From Aulosira sp. ZfuVER01 (GTDB taxonomy: Bacteria > Cyanobacteriota > Cyanobacteriia > Cyanobacteriales > Nostocaceae), in NCBI GenBank assembly GCA_034530615.2, contig JAVRCV020000008.1:96001-160000 (forward strand): a DNA stretch of 64,000 nt, in the 5' to 3' direction. The position numbers and the translations under genes are program-made. The notes under the pieces are model-generated. The model searched no databases. It saw only the letters and a program-made list of their open reading frames with translations, and had not been told where the DNA came from. This document shows, piece after piece, positions 10,631 to 20,300 of the stretch. Each line of letters opens with the position of its first letter. Within the stretch, counting starts at the first letter, position 1.

Positions 10631-13309
10631 ATGACTCAGAGCCGTACAAAGAAAAGCCCCTTGCCTGATATTCATACTGATCTAATGGAAGATTCAGTGA
10701 TAGCGATAAAACAGGAACCTTACTATAAAACGGAGTTCGGGGCAGCCTATTTGGGAAATAGCCTTGAGTTGATGAAGGAATTACCTGACGAGAGCATCGA
10801 TCTTATCTGTACTTCACCGCCTTTTGCGCTGGTTCGCAAAAAGGAGTATGGAAATAAAGATCAGCATGAATATGTTGAGTGGTTCCTTGGTTTTGCCAAA
10901 GAATTTCAGCGCATCCTAAAGCCATCAGGTTCTCTGGTGATTGATATTGGTGGAAGCTGGCTGAAAGGTTATCCTATCCGCTCCTTGTATCATTTCGAGT
11001 TAGTTATAGAGTTGTGCAAGCCGACCGATAAAGGTGGGTTAGGTTTCTTTCTGGCACAGGAGTTGTACTGGTATAACCCAGCTAAGTTACCTACACCAGC
11101 GGAGTGGGTGACAGTGCGACGGGAGCGGGTAAAGGATGCTGTAAATACCGTCTGGTGGTTATCTAAACAGCCTCATCCCAAAGCCAATAATAAAAGGGTT
11201 CTTCGTCCATACAGTGATGCGATGAAAAATCTACTGAAAAATGGCTATGATGCTAAGTTACGCCCGTCTGGACATGATATTTCTACGAAATTTGGCAATG
11301 ATAGAGGCGGAGCAATTCCACCAAATATTATTAACGGTCAGATTGAAAATAGTAATGGTAGTATAGGTTCCCCTGTTCTTGCTGGCTTTGATTGGCTATT
11401 GCTGAATGATCTGGCGCAACCTGTTAATGTCATTTCAGCTTCTAATACCGCATCTAATGATTATTATCAGAGAAAATGCAAGGAAGAGGGCATCAAGCCT
11501 CATCCAGCCAGATTTCCTCAAGCTCTACCAGAATTTGCTATTAACCTTTGTACAGATAAAAATGATTTGGTGTTAGACCCTTTTGCTGGTTCTAACATGA
11601 CTGGTCGCGTTGCAGAAACACTTCAGCGGCGCTGGTTAGCTTTTGAGCTTGATGAGTCTTACATCAGTGCATCCAAATATAGGTTTGAATCAAATGCGCC
11701 GCTGGTGGTTGAGCCTCTTGCCTTTGAGAAAAATAATAAGGACAAAGTGCTTGAAGTTTTGCAATCTATGCCAGACAACAGGTTATTGAGCAATCGCCCA
11801 AATCAGCACCAACAATTAAGCCTCCCTTTCCTAGAAGATATAGACTCTATGGAACAACGCCAACTTAAATTCACCTATGGACACCAGTTTGAATCTGAAA
11901 AGTTTTCTTTACCTGAAATTGTGCAGCTGTGTATAGATTGCGCTCCCGATCGGCGAGAACTACAGAAACAGATTGCTGATCGATATTTTGCTGGTCATTC
12001 CAAGCAAAGCACCGATCCTGCAAAAGCATTGGAAAACATAGGTAAGTTGTCTATGAATTGTTTCTTATCCTTACGGGCATATCAACTTGTTGAAAAAATA
12101 GGCGATGATGATTGGGCTTATCAGGTTACTGACATTGCGAATGAAATTCTTCAGGCAAAGAATGATCCTCAAGCTGTTGCTAGTATATTTGCCCGCCATA
12201 TCCTGACTAATCTTACTGGTATGTCACTATTGAAGGCTGTTGAGGCAATTAACGCCAGAGGAGATAAACCACAGCTAGAAGTGATTGGCTATGAACTGCA
12301 AGAGATGGGATATTCCCTTTCTCCTAATGCAATTTATGTCAGTACCATGCGGAAATGGCTTGAGCTTGCAGGAGTTTTTGAGCGCGAGTATGAGATTAAC
12401 TGGGATACAGTTTCTGACTTGCTTGGGCTTGATAAAGACTATGTTGATGAGCTTTACACCCTAACACCGCAGCAGAAGTATTTTCTGCTGGCTATGATTC
12501 ACCTTGATATTGAGGTATTGACACCGTGGAACAAGGTTAAAGATTATGCGACCAGTGCCTATAAGATTCGATTGCCGAGTAAGTCTTTTGTTAAAGATGT
12601 TATTGAACCTTTAGTTGCTCTTGATTTAATTGAAACCGAAAAAACAACTGGAGGGCGAGGAGCTAAACCAAACTCTGTTAAATTGACCGATAAAGCCAGA
12701 GCGGAGCTTGTTTCCCGCCTTCTTTCAAGTATTGCCGATTTAACTGAAATTTCTCAGACCGAACTTAATAAAGCTTTTGAAGATGTTATCAATGATCTTG
12801 ACAGTGAGGATAGGCATGTCAAGGGCAAGGCTTTAGAGTTATTAGCTATTTGGATGATTAGACTAACCAGCTTACGTTTCACCAAGTGGCGCAAGCGTGA
12901 TTATGAAACAGGTCAAGGCGAAGTGGATGTTCTTGCCGCTTCTGATAGGTTTGTTTACCACCGTTGGCAAATTCAGTGCAAAAATACAAAGCGTGTTGAT
13001 GTTGATGTTTTGGCGAAAGAAGTAGGGATGACCTTTGTGACTGGTGCTGATGTGGTAATGGTTGTGACTACTGGAGAATTTACAAGAGATGCTTTCCAGT
13101 ATGCCTACCGCATGATGGAGGTTTCCAGATATTACATGATATTGCTTCAGAAAGAAGATATTGAAGCGATTAAGCAAGATAGAACCAGTATTATCCAGAT
13201 ACTTGACCGTAAAGCCCGCCGAGTTTTTGCTAAGAAAGAACTTGGCATGACTGACGAGTCAGTCGATCAGGTAGAGGAAGAACTTGCTACTTTAAGTGAC
13301 TGTAACTGA
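10631..13309 (+). CDS. Fusion of beta-class N4-cytosine DNA methyltransferase (M.PvuII-like) and Mrr-type restriction endonuclease
   Basis: TSPPFALVRKKEYGN, RVKDAVNTVWW, RPSGHDI, HPARFP, DPFAGS as in M.PvuII; C-terminal GKALE...GEVDVL...QIQCKN...VMVVTTGEFTRDA is an Mrr-type PD-(D/E)XK domain; single open frame. Confidence 0.85.
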   Translation: MTQSRTKKSPLPDIHTDLMEDSVIAIKQEPYYKTEFGAAYLGNSLELMKELPDESIDLICTSPPFALVRKKEYGNKDQHEYVEWFLGFAKEFQRILKPSGSLVIDIGGSWLKGYPIRSLYHFELVIELCKPTDKGGLGFFLAQELYWYNPAKLPTPAEWVTVRRERVKDAVNTVWWLSKQPHPKANNKRVLRPYSDAMKNLLKNGYDAKLRPSGHDISTKFGNDRGGAIPPNIINGQIENSNGSIGSPVLAGFDWLLLNDLAQPVNVISASNTASNDYYQRKCKEEGIKPHPARFPQALPEFAINLCTDKNDLVLDPFAGSNMTGRVAETLQRRWLAFELDESYISASKYRFESNAPLVVEPLAFEKNNKDKVLEVLQSMPDNRLLSNRPNQHQQLSLPFLEDIDSMEQRQLKFTYGHQFESEKFSLPEIVQLCIDCAPDRRELQKQIADRYFAGHSKQSTDPAKALENIGKLSMNCFLSLRAYQLVEKIGDDDWAYQVTDIANEILQAKNDPQAVASIFARHILTNLTGMSLLKAVEAINARGDKPQLEVIGYELQEMGYSLSPNAIYVSTMRKWLELAGVFEREYEINWDTVSDLLGLDKDYVDELYTLTPQQKYFLLAMIHLDIEVLTPWNKVKDYATSAYKIRLPSKSFVKDVIEPLVALDLIETEKTTGGRGAKPNSVKLTDKARAELVSRLLSSIADLTEISQTELNKAFEDVINDLDSEDRHVKGKALELLAIWMIRLTSLRFTKWRKRDYETGQGEVDVLAASDRFVYHRWQIQCKNTKRVDVDVLAKEVGMTFVTGADVVMVVTTGEFTRDAFQYAYRMMEVSRYYMILLQKEDIEAIKQDRTSIIQILDRKARRVFAKKELGMTDESVDQVEEELATLSDCN

Positions 13310-13487
13310 GATGAATGATTACCCCGAAAATCCTATAGAGGCTTTACCTATAGCCTTTCCAGAGAAAAGTTAAGTTTTAACAGTCAGAGTTTCACATTCC
13401 ACCACATTTCATGTAAAGCCGTCCTATAAAGACGGGGTTTCTACTCAGATTTTCGATGAAACATAGACAAGGAGAATAATTAATAAC

Positions 13488-13522
13488 CAATGCTCAATGC
13501 TCCATGCCCTATGCCCCATTCC
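13488..13522. repeat. Short tandem heptamer repeats (STRR; caatgct/ccatgcc type)
   Basis: caatgct caatgct ccatgcc ctatgcc ccattcc. Confidence 0.7.
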
Positions 13523-13527
13523 TTTTT

Positions 13528-14310
13528 TCACCGGAATAATTGAGGGTAAATTTGTCTCCACGCCAGCCAGATGGAGACGCCCATTAATAGCAACAACCAA
13601 ATCAGGGCTGCTAACCACCACTGTGGTACACTGAACGGCCAGCGTAATAGATCGACAAAGGCTGCTAAGGGTAACGCACTCGCTACTTTTTGGAGTATGG
13701 GAGGAAGTGTTTCGCGAGGAAAATAAGTGCCGCAGATTGTAAACATGGGGACGATTAATAAAAAAATCGGTACGTTTAATTGATCTACTGTGCGGACAAT
13801 TCCTGCGGTTAGCAGTCCCATTGCGGCAAATAGAAGACAGCCTAGACAAATTAGGGGTAAAGATAAAAGCATATTCCACCCCGAATATAACCCCCATAAA
13901 ACTACTACGATTGCAGTGAATAGACCCGCTATCAAACCGCGAGTTGCTGACCACAGCCATTCGCCTAAAAACACTTCGGCAAATGTTAGTGGTGCTGTCA
14001 ACAATGCTTGCCAAGTTCGTTGATATTTCAAACGGATAAAACTACCGTAGGCTCCTTCAAAAAAGGATTGATTGAGGACTGCGATCGCAATTGCTCCCGG
14101 AGCAATAAACTCTAAATAACTAATGCTTCGTCCGCTATAAGTTATCTCTCCCACTAAGGGAGTTAAGCCATAACCAAAAGCCACCAAATAAATTAAGGGT
14201 TCTAAGATTGGCGGTAGTAAGTTAACTAGCCACGTATGTTGGTAAACCTTCGCATTCCGACGCCAGACAGAGTAGATACCCCAAACGGTAATACTTGAAT
14301 TTAACTTCAT
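13528..14310 (-). CDS. ABC-2 type exporter permease (NodJ-like)
   Basis: YLEFIAPG, LLTAPLTFAEVFLGE, PMFTICGTYFP; multiple TM segments; overlaps the ATPase stop codon. Confidence 0.9.
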   Translation of the reverse strand: MKLNSSITVWGIYSVWRRNAKVYQHTWLVNLLPPILEPLIYLVAFGYGLTPLVGEITYSGRSISYLEFIAPGAIAIAVLNQSFFEGAYGSFIRLKYQRTWQALLTAPLTFAEVFLGEWLWSATRGLIAGLFTAIVVVLWGLYSGWNMLLSLPLICLGCLLFAAMGLLTAGIVRTVDQLNVPIFLLIVPMFTICGTYFPRETLPPILQKVASALPLAAFVDLLRWPFSVPQWWLAALIWLLLLMGVSIWLAWRQIYPQLFR

Positions 14311-15215
14311 CCTAATGATGTACCAGTAAGTCGTAGGAACACATCTTCTAAATTAGCCCGTCTGCGAGTCAGGCTGGTTGGTTGAGTAGCAACAAGTTGT
14401 TCCCATAAAAGATTGGGATTGTTTGCAGGTAAAGTTACGAGATAACTGCTACCAAATGGACGATACCAAACTCCTGTTGATATCGCTAGCTGTTGCAAAA
14501 TAGATTCTGCTATACCTTCAATTTCAACTATTTCTTGCCCAACAATACGCTCAATTAATTCTATCGGACTACCTCGATCAATCACTTGTCCTTGCTGAAG
14601 TAAAAGTAGGCGATCGCATAATCGCTGTGCTTCATCCATATAATGAGTTGTGAGCAGCACAGCACTACCATTTTGTTTAAGTTGACTAACTAATTTCCAA
14701 AAATCTTGTCGCGCATCTGGATCTAAACCTGTCGTTGGTTCATCCAAAAAAACTACTTGCGGATGGTTAATCAAAGCACGCGCCAAAACAACTCGTCGCT
14801 TGAGTCCACCAGAGAGTTGATCGATGCGATACTTGGCATAATCTTGCAGTCCTAATTGCTCTAATAATTCTCCAACTCGATGTCTTGCTGTTTTCCCAAC
14901 TAAGCGATAGTGATGGGCAAAGTGAATTAAGTTTTGAAAAACAGTAAACTCTGGATCTAAGTTATCTTCTTGAGTAACTATTCCCATAAAAGTACGAGCT
15001 TGGCGGCCTTGATGCTGTACTTGCCAATTTCCCAATTGCACCGCTCCTCGACTAGGAATTACTGCTCCATAAAGCATCCCTAGCGTTGTCGTTTTTCCGG
15101 CTCCATTTGGTCCTAAAAGACCGAGAATCTCTCTAGGATTCAGTGTGAAATTGACGCTTTGAACGACTGGAATATTTCCATAAAATTTCCATAGATCCCG
15201 AACCAATAATGCCAT
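14307..15215 (-). CDS. ABC exporter ATP-binding protein (NodI/DrrA-like)
   Basis: GPNGAGKT, LSGGLKRR, FLDEPTTGLD, LTTHYMDEA; start at 15215 or 15251. Confidence 0.93.
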   Translation of the reverse strand: MALLVRDLWKFYGNIPVVQSVNFTLNPREILGLLGPNGAGKTTTLGMLYGAVIPSRGAVQLGNWQVQHQGRQARTFMGIVTQEDNLDPEFTVFQNLIHFAHHYRLVGKTARHRVGELLEQLGLQDYAKYRIDQLSGGLKRRVVLARALINHPQVVFLDEPTTGLDPDARQDFWKLVSQLKQNGSAVLLTTHYMDEAQRLCDRLLLLQQGQVIDRGSPIELIERIVGQEIVEIEGIAESILQQLAISTGVWYRPFGSSYLVTLPANNPNLLWEQLVATQPTSLTRRRANLEDVFLRLTGTSLG

Positions 15216-15306
15216 TGATTCTCTTTCATAATTTAATACTAGCTGTCTCATGGTAGGTTCCCGCTGAAGCTAGATTACCACACTCAAGTGCTTTAGATAC
15301 TTGCAT

Positions 15307-16218
15307 CTACTCTTTCACCGAGCAGACAGTTATTTGATAGAACGAAGCATCACTAAAAACAGAGCGATCGTAAGCTCCAAATTTCTTTTCTATTTTGAAT
15401 CCATTGTATCTTAGCAAAGCTTCTAGTTCTTGGGGAAAGTATAATCGATAAGTTATTTCTTCAATCCGTTCTTGTTCTTCTCCAACCAACTTAAAAAATA
15501 ACTTCGTCTTATAAATTTGCTGGGTTAGATTCAATTCATTAGATGCAGTAACTACTACTGTACCTTCTCCATCTGGATTAGGGTAAATTGAATAGAGATT
15601 TTTTTTAGGATCGAACAACATATCTAAGCTGGCTTTTGTAGCAGGATTAAGCATATCAATAACAAACTTTCCTCCTGGTTTTAAATGTTTCTTTACACAA
15701 GCAAAACAAGCCTCAACCGCTTCTATATCTAAAAGATGCCAAATACAATTGATGGGAAAAATAATCAGGTTAAACTTCTGAGCTAGATCGAAGTTTTGGA
15801 TATCAGCTTTTATCCATTCAACTTGAGCAGACTTCTTTCTAGCTAGTTCTAGCATTGAGTCACCAATATCAATTCCAGTTACTTGGAATCCTTTGTTAGC
15901 TAATGGTATAGCTATTCTACCTGTTCCGCAGCTTAACTCTAAAATTGGATCGCCGTATTGACTAGCCATGTCCAACCAGAAAGGAATATCTAAAGTCGTG
16001 ACATTAGGAACTGGACAATAGTTTTCGTAAATCAAATCGTAATGCCTACCTTCATAATGAAGATATTCCTTTTCTGGAAATATGAAGGAATTTTCTTTTT
16101 CTCTGTCTTTTGAACTTGCGAAGCTTGCATTTACTCGTGTTTCTAATTCATTACTCATTTGCTTTGCCCAACTTGCATCTACGGCAATTACAGGGTTCTT
16201 TACCAAGATAGACATCAT
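15307..16218 (-). CDS. Class I SAM-dependent methyltransferase (probable cluster tailoring enzyme)
   Basis: ILELSCGTGR, VTGIDIG, HLKPGGKFVID; co-oriented with the exporter, divergent from the NRPS. Confidence 0.88.
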   Translation of the reverse strand: MMSILVKNPVIAVDASWAKQMSNELETRVNASFASSKDREKENSFIFPEKEYLHYEGRHYDLIYENYCPVPNVTTLDIPFWLDMASQYGDPILELSCGTGRIAIPLANKGFQVTGIDIGDSMLELARKKSAQVEWIKADIQNFDLAQKFNLIIFPINCIWHLLDIEAVEACFACVKKHLKPGGKFVIDMLNPATKASLDMLFDPKKNLYSIYPNPDGEGTVVVTASNELNLTQQIYKTKLFFKLVGEEQERIEEITYRLYFPQELEALLRYNGFKIEKKFGAYDRSVFSDASFYQITVCSVKE

Positions 16219-16679
16219 GAGCTTAGCCTATACCTGAGCAATCATCAATGTTATTCTTTATAATCAATTCATAAGTAATATTACTAGTAAGAACTTAATG
16301 TTAGGCGATCGCATCAAACCAGCATTACATATTCCATGCCCAGTTTGCTAAAGACAATATTTTATTGATATTAAATCCCGATTTTAGTTTCAAATTTTTA
16401 CTTTTACTGAAAAATTTAATGAGCTTTTTTTGCGTGTCCGTAATGTTACATAGTAGGTACAAGTTATTAATCATAATAACACCGGAAATTCTACTTATTT
16501 TTAATCTTATTAATTATGTGGAAAAATTCAAAATCCTTGATTTCCAGAATGTTTTGCTAGGATTTTAGCTAATTTTAAAGTAGAAAAAAGTTACCTAACT
16601 TAGATGATATTCCTGTTAGCTTTCTCAAGTTCATGGGAATAATATATACAAGGTTAGATAATTATTCATATTTCTAACA

Positions 16680-16979
16680 TAAGTAGATCGGCGCAATGAA
16701 AATACTGGTGATGACGGTTATTCTTACAAAGTTCTGAGCGTAGGAAACCTCCGGTCAACGCCAGTTTGTTCAAGTCGGGAGACCCTTTCGGCAGTCGCTC
16801 ATGGGGGAAGCCCTTACGGGTTCTCCAGTTCCTTTATGCCGGGGAACCCGTCCACCGGACTGGCTCACCGCTACGCTAACACCACACGACTGGCTCGACT
16901 TTGCGCTTTGTCATTGGTAAGGATTTCAAGCCTATTTATATAAAGTACATAGCTTGATTAATTTCTACCGATTTACTTA
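16680..16979. mobile_element. MITE-like element with nested small dispersed repeats inside
   Basis: Terminal inverted repeats taagtagatcgg / ccgatttactta (11/12 match); nested hairpin elements at 16758-16896. Confidence 0.6.
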
Positions 16980-17362
16980 TTTGTGTTGTGCATATTTTCT
17001 GTTCACTCTTAGTCTAAATTATTTAATTTTGTAGACTAAATGGACTTCAAATGAAGGCTGAATTATCAAGTATGTAGACGCATAGCGGCTTGCCGCAGGC
17101 TGGTATGAAATTAACCCATAAATAAAAGGATGGGGCTAAAATTGCGGAAAAACTTAATTTTTTCGTCTAGACTTCTACAAGCTTAGTGTCCTCATTGTCC
17201 CCCTTCCTTGCATCCTTTATCGTTCATCTTTTGCAATTTGAATGATTATTTAGCTGAAAAATTAGCCTGAACGAGCAACTTTTTCGGACAAAGTAAGCAG
17301 CTTAATAATTTTCTGGGAACTTCAACATCGCTTATTCAATTTTCAGAGAAAGTCAAAATCCA

Positions 17363-20300
17363 ATGTTCAGTTACTTTCAAGATGCATCTATCCACCAGCT
17401 GTTTGAAGTTCAGGTTGAGCAATCACCTGATTCTATAGCGGTAGTATTTGAGGGAATAGAAAGTCACCTTCAAGTTTCTCACAGCGCTAACAGCTTTCTT
17501 ACCTACAAAGAGTTAAATGTCCGTGCCAATCAATTAGCGCATTACTTAAAAACTCTAGGCGTAGGGCCAGAAGTATTGGTGGGTATTTGTGTAGAGCGTT
17601 CCCTTGAGATGATTGTCGGGGTGTTAGCCATCCTCAAAGCAGGTGGTGCTTACCTTCCTCTTGACTCTAACTATCCTAAAGAGCGTTTGGCGTTCATGCT
17701 GGAAGACTCTCAAATTTCTGTTTTAATAACTCAGCAACGTTTCCTGGAATCTCTCCCTAGCAACACAGCACAAATAATTTGCTTAGATACAGATTGGACT
17801 GGAATTGCCGAACACAGCCAACAAAATCTTATTTGCGAAGTCACTTCAAACAATCTCGCTTATGTGATTTACACATCTGGATCTACAGGTAAACCAAAAG
17901 GTGTTTTAGTTCCACACGCCGGAGTTGGCAATTTAGCCAGAGAACAGATCCGCATCTTCGATGTCCAACCAGATAGCCGGGTTCTGCAATTTGCTTCCTT
18001 TAGCTTTGATGCGTCTGTTTCAGAAATTTTCATGGCATTGCTAGCAGGCGCAACGTTAGTTTTAGCAACACGGGACTCTTTAATGCCAGGAACGGGTTTG
18101 CTCAAGTTGTTACGCGAACAGCGAATTACGACAGTTACCTTACCTCCATCCGCCTTAGCTGTTCTACCCATACAAGAATTACCCGATTTGCGATCGCTCA
18201 TTGTTGCAGGCGAAGCCTGTCCCCCAGAACTGATTAACCGTTGGGCACCTGGCCGTCGCTTCTTCAACGCTTACGGCCCAACAGAAGCTACGGTTTGCAC
18301 AACAATTGCCGAATGCACTCCTAGTGTTAAAAAACCGTCTATTGGCTATCCGATTGCTAACAAGCAAGTTTATTTATTAGACGAACAGTTAGAACCTGTG
18401 CCTGTTGGTGTAGTTGGCGAGTTATATATTGGCGGGTTGGGTTTAGCAAAAGGCTATCTCAACCGACCGGAATTGACGGCAGAGAAGTTTATTTTGAAGA
18501 AGGCAGGGGGTTGGGGAGCAGAGGAGCAGGGGGGCAGAGGGGCGGAGGAGCCTGTCACTAGACTTTACAAAACTGGGGATTTAGCTCGTTACCTTCCTGA
18601 TGGTAGCCTGGAGTTTTTGGGACGCATTGACGAGCAAGTTAAAGTTCGGGGTTACAGAATTGAACTAGGTGAAATTGAAGCGGTAATTGGGCGACATCCA
18701 GGTGTGCAGCAAGCAGTCGCGATCGCACGCGAAGACGTACCGGGGCAGAATCGCTTAATTGCTTATGTCGTGCAAAATCCTGAGTACGAAGGTGAACCGG
18801 AACAAGTTGCCGATTTAGAGGCTGAGTTTATCTCCCAATGGCAAAGCGTTTCTGATGAAACTTACAAACAAACCACTGGCGATCGCGCATTCAATTTTGC
18901 TGGATGGAATAGCAGTTACACGGGTTTACCGATCCCAGAAGCACAAATGCGCGAATGGGTTGAGCAAACTGTGGCGCGAATTCAATCTTTGCAACCAAAC
19001 CAAGTTTTAGAACTCGGTTGCGGAACGGGGATGTTGATGTTCCGCATTGCACCACAGTGCAGCCTTTATTGGGGAACTGATTTTTCTCAACAAGTACTGG
19101 GCTATCTCCAACAACAATTGCAGCACCTAAAGTTACCGCAAATCAAGTTAGGACACCGCACGGCAGATAACTTTGCAGGTATTGAACCAGCCAGCTTTGA
19201 CACGGTAATTTTAAACTCGGTTAGCCAAAACTTCCCCAGCATCGACTATATGGTGCAAGTGATGTCAGGGGCAGTCAAGGCAGTGAAACCAGGCGGTCGC
19301 ATTTTTATCGGGGATGTTCGCAGTTTACCGTTGTTGGAGGCATACCACGCTTCCGTGCAGCTGTATCAAGCTCCCGATTCGCTAACACGAACGCAATTAC
19401 AAGAACAAGTGCGATCGCGTTTTGCCCAAGAAGAAGAACTCGTCATCGATCCTGGCTTTTTTCTCGCCTTGCAACAGCATTTTCCCGAAATTAGCCGGGT
19501 GCAAATTCAACTTAAACGCGGTGTTCATCACAATGAATTAACTCGCTTCCGCTATGATGTCACCCTCCACATCGGTAGCGAAGTTAGTTCCTCAGCTGAT
19601 ATCACTTGGTTAGACTGGCAACAGCAACAACTGACGTTACCAGCTCTCCGCCGATACCTCAGCGAAACTCAAACGGAGATTTTGGGATTGCGAGGTGTTC
19701 CAGATGCACGTTTAGCCACAGAAGTCAAGACTTTAGAATGGTTGGCGAGTGGGGATGGTGTTGAGACAGTTGAAGAGTTTCTTGCCCAGATATTGCCAAC
19801 CCTGGAAGGATGGGGAGTAGATCCAGAAGATCTGTGGGCATTGAGCGAAGACCTACCATACAACATCGATATCATTTGGTCTCTTGTTGCAGGCTTTTAC
19901 GATGTGGTGTTGCAGCGCCGAGATACCCCACCCCTCAAGGATAAAATTTTTGAGCATGAGGAAGGAGTGACCAATGACGGCAGTTGCTTCAAGCCGGGGA
20001 ACCCGTCCAACGCACTGCCTCCCCAATGCTCAATGACGGCAGTTACTACCACGGGCAGGCAGCCGTGTGGTGAGGCAGTCCGGTCTTGGGGGTTTCCCCC
20101 AGGAGGAACTGCCGAAAGGGTTTCCCGACTTGAGCCGACTGCCGTGGAAACCCCCACAACACACTGCCTCCCCAATGCCCAATGCCCAATGCCCCATGCC
20201 CATCTGTGGAATGCTTACGCCAACAATCCCCTGAAAAGTAAACTGGCTCGCAAGCTGATTCCCCAACTGCGGAGTTTCTTGCAAGAAAAGTTACCTGACT

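Noticed and set aside
10631..11830. Host avoidance of the PvuII site CAGCTG as support for that specificity
   Set aside because: CAGCTG occurs repeatedly in the window (e.g. near 3583, 6065, 11924), so there is no visible avoidance; specificity stays unassigned
13411..13444. Hairpin resembling an IS200/IS605 end (aagccgtcc...gacggggttt)
   Set aside because: No transposase or partner end found; too short to call a mobile element
16219..16679. ORF 16365-16568 and similar AT-rich short ORFs (59969-60214, 35693-35881)
   Set aside because: Low-complexity AT-rich intergenic sequence with no recognisable motifs; probably promoter regions
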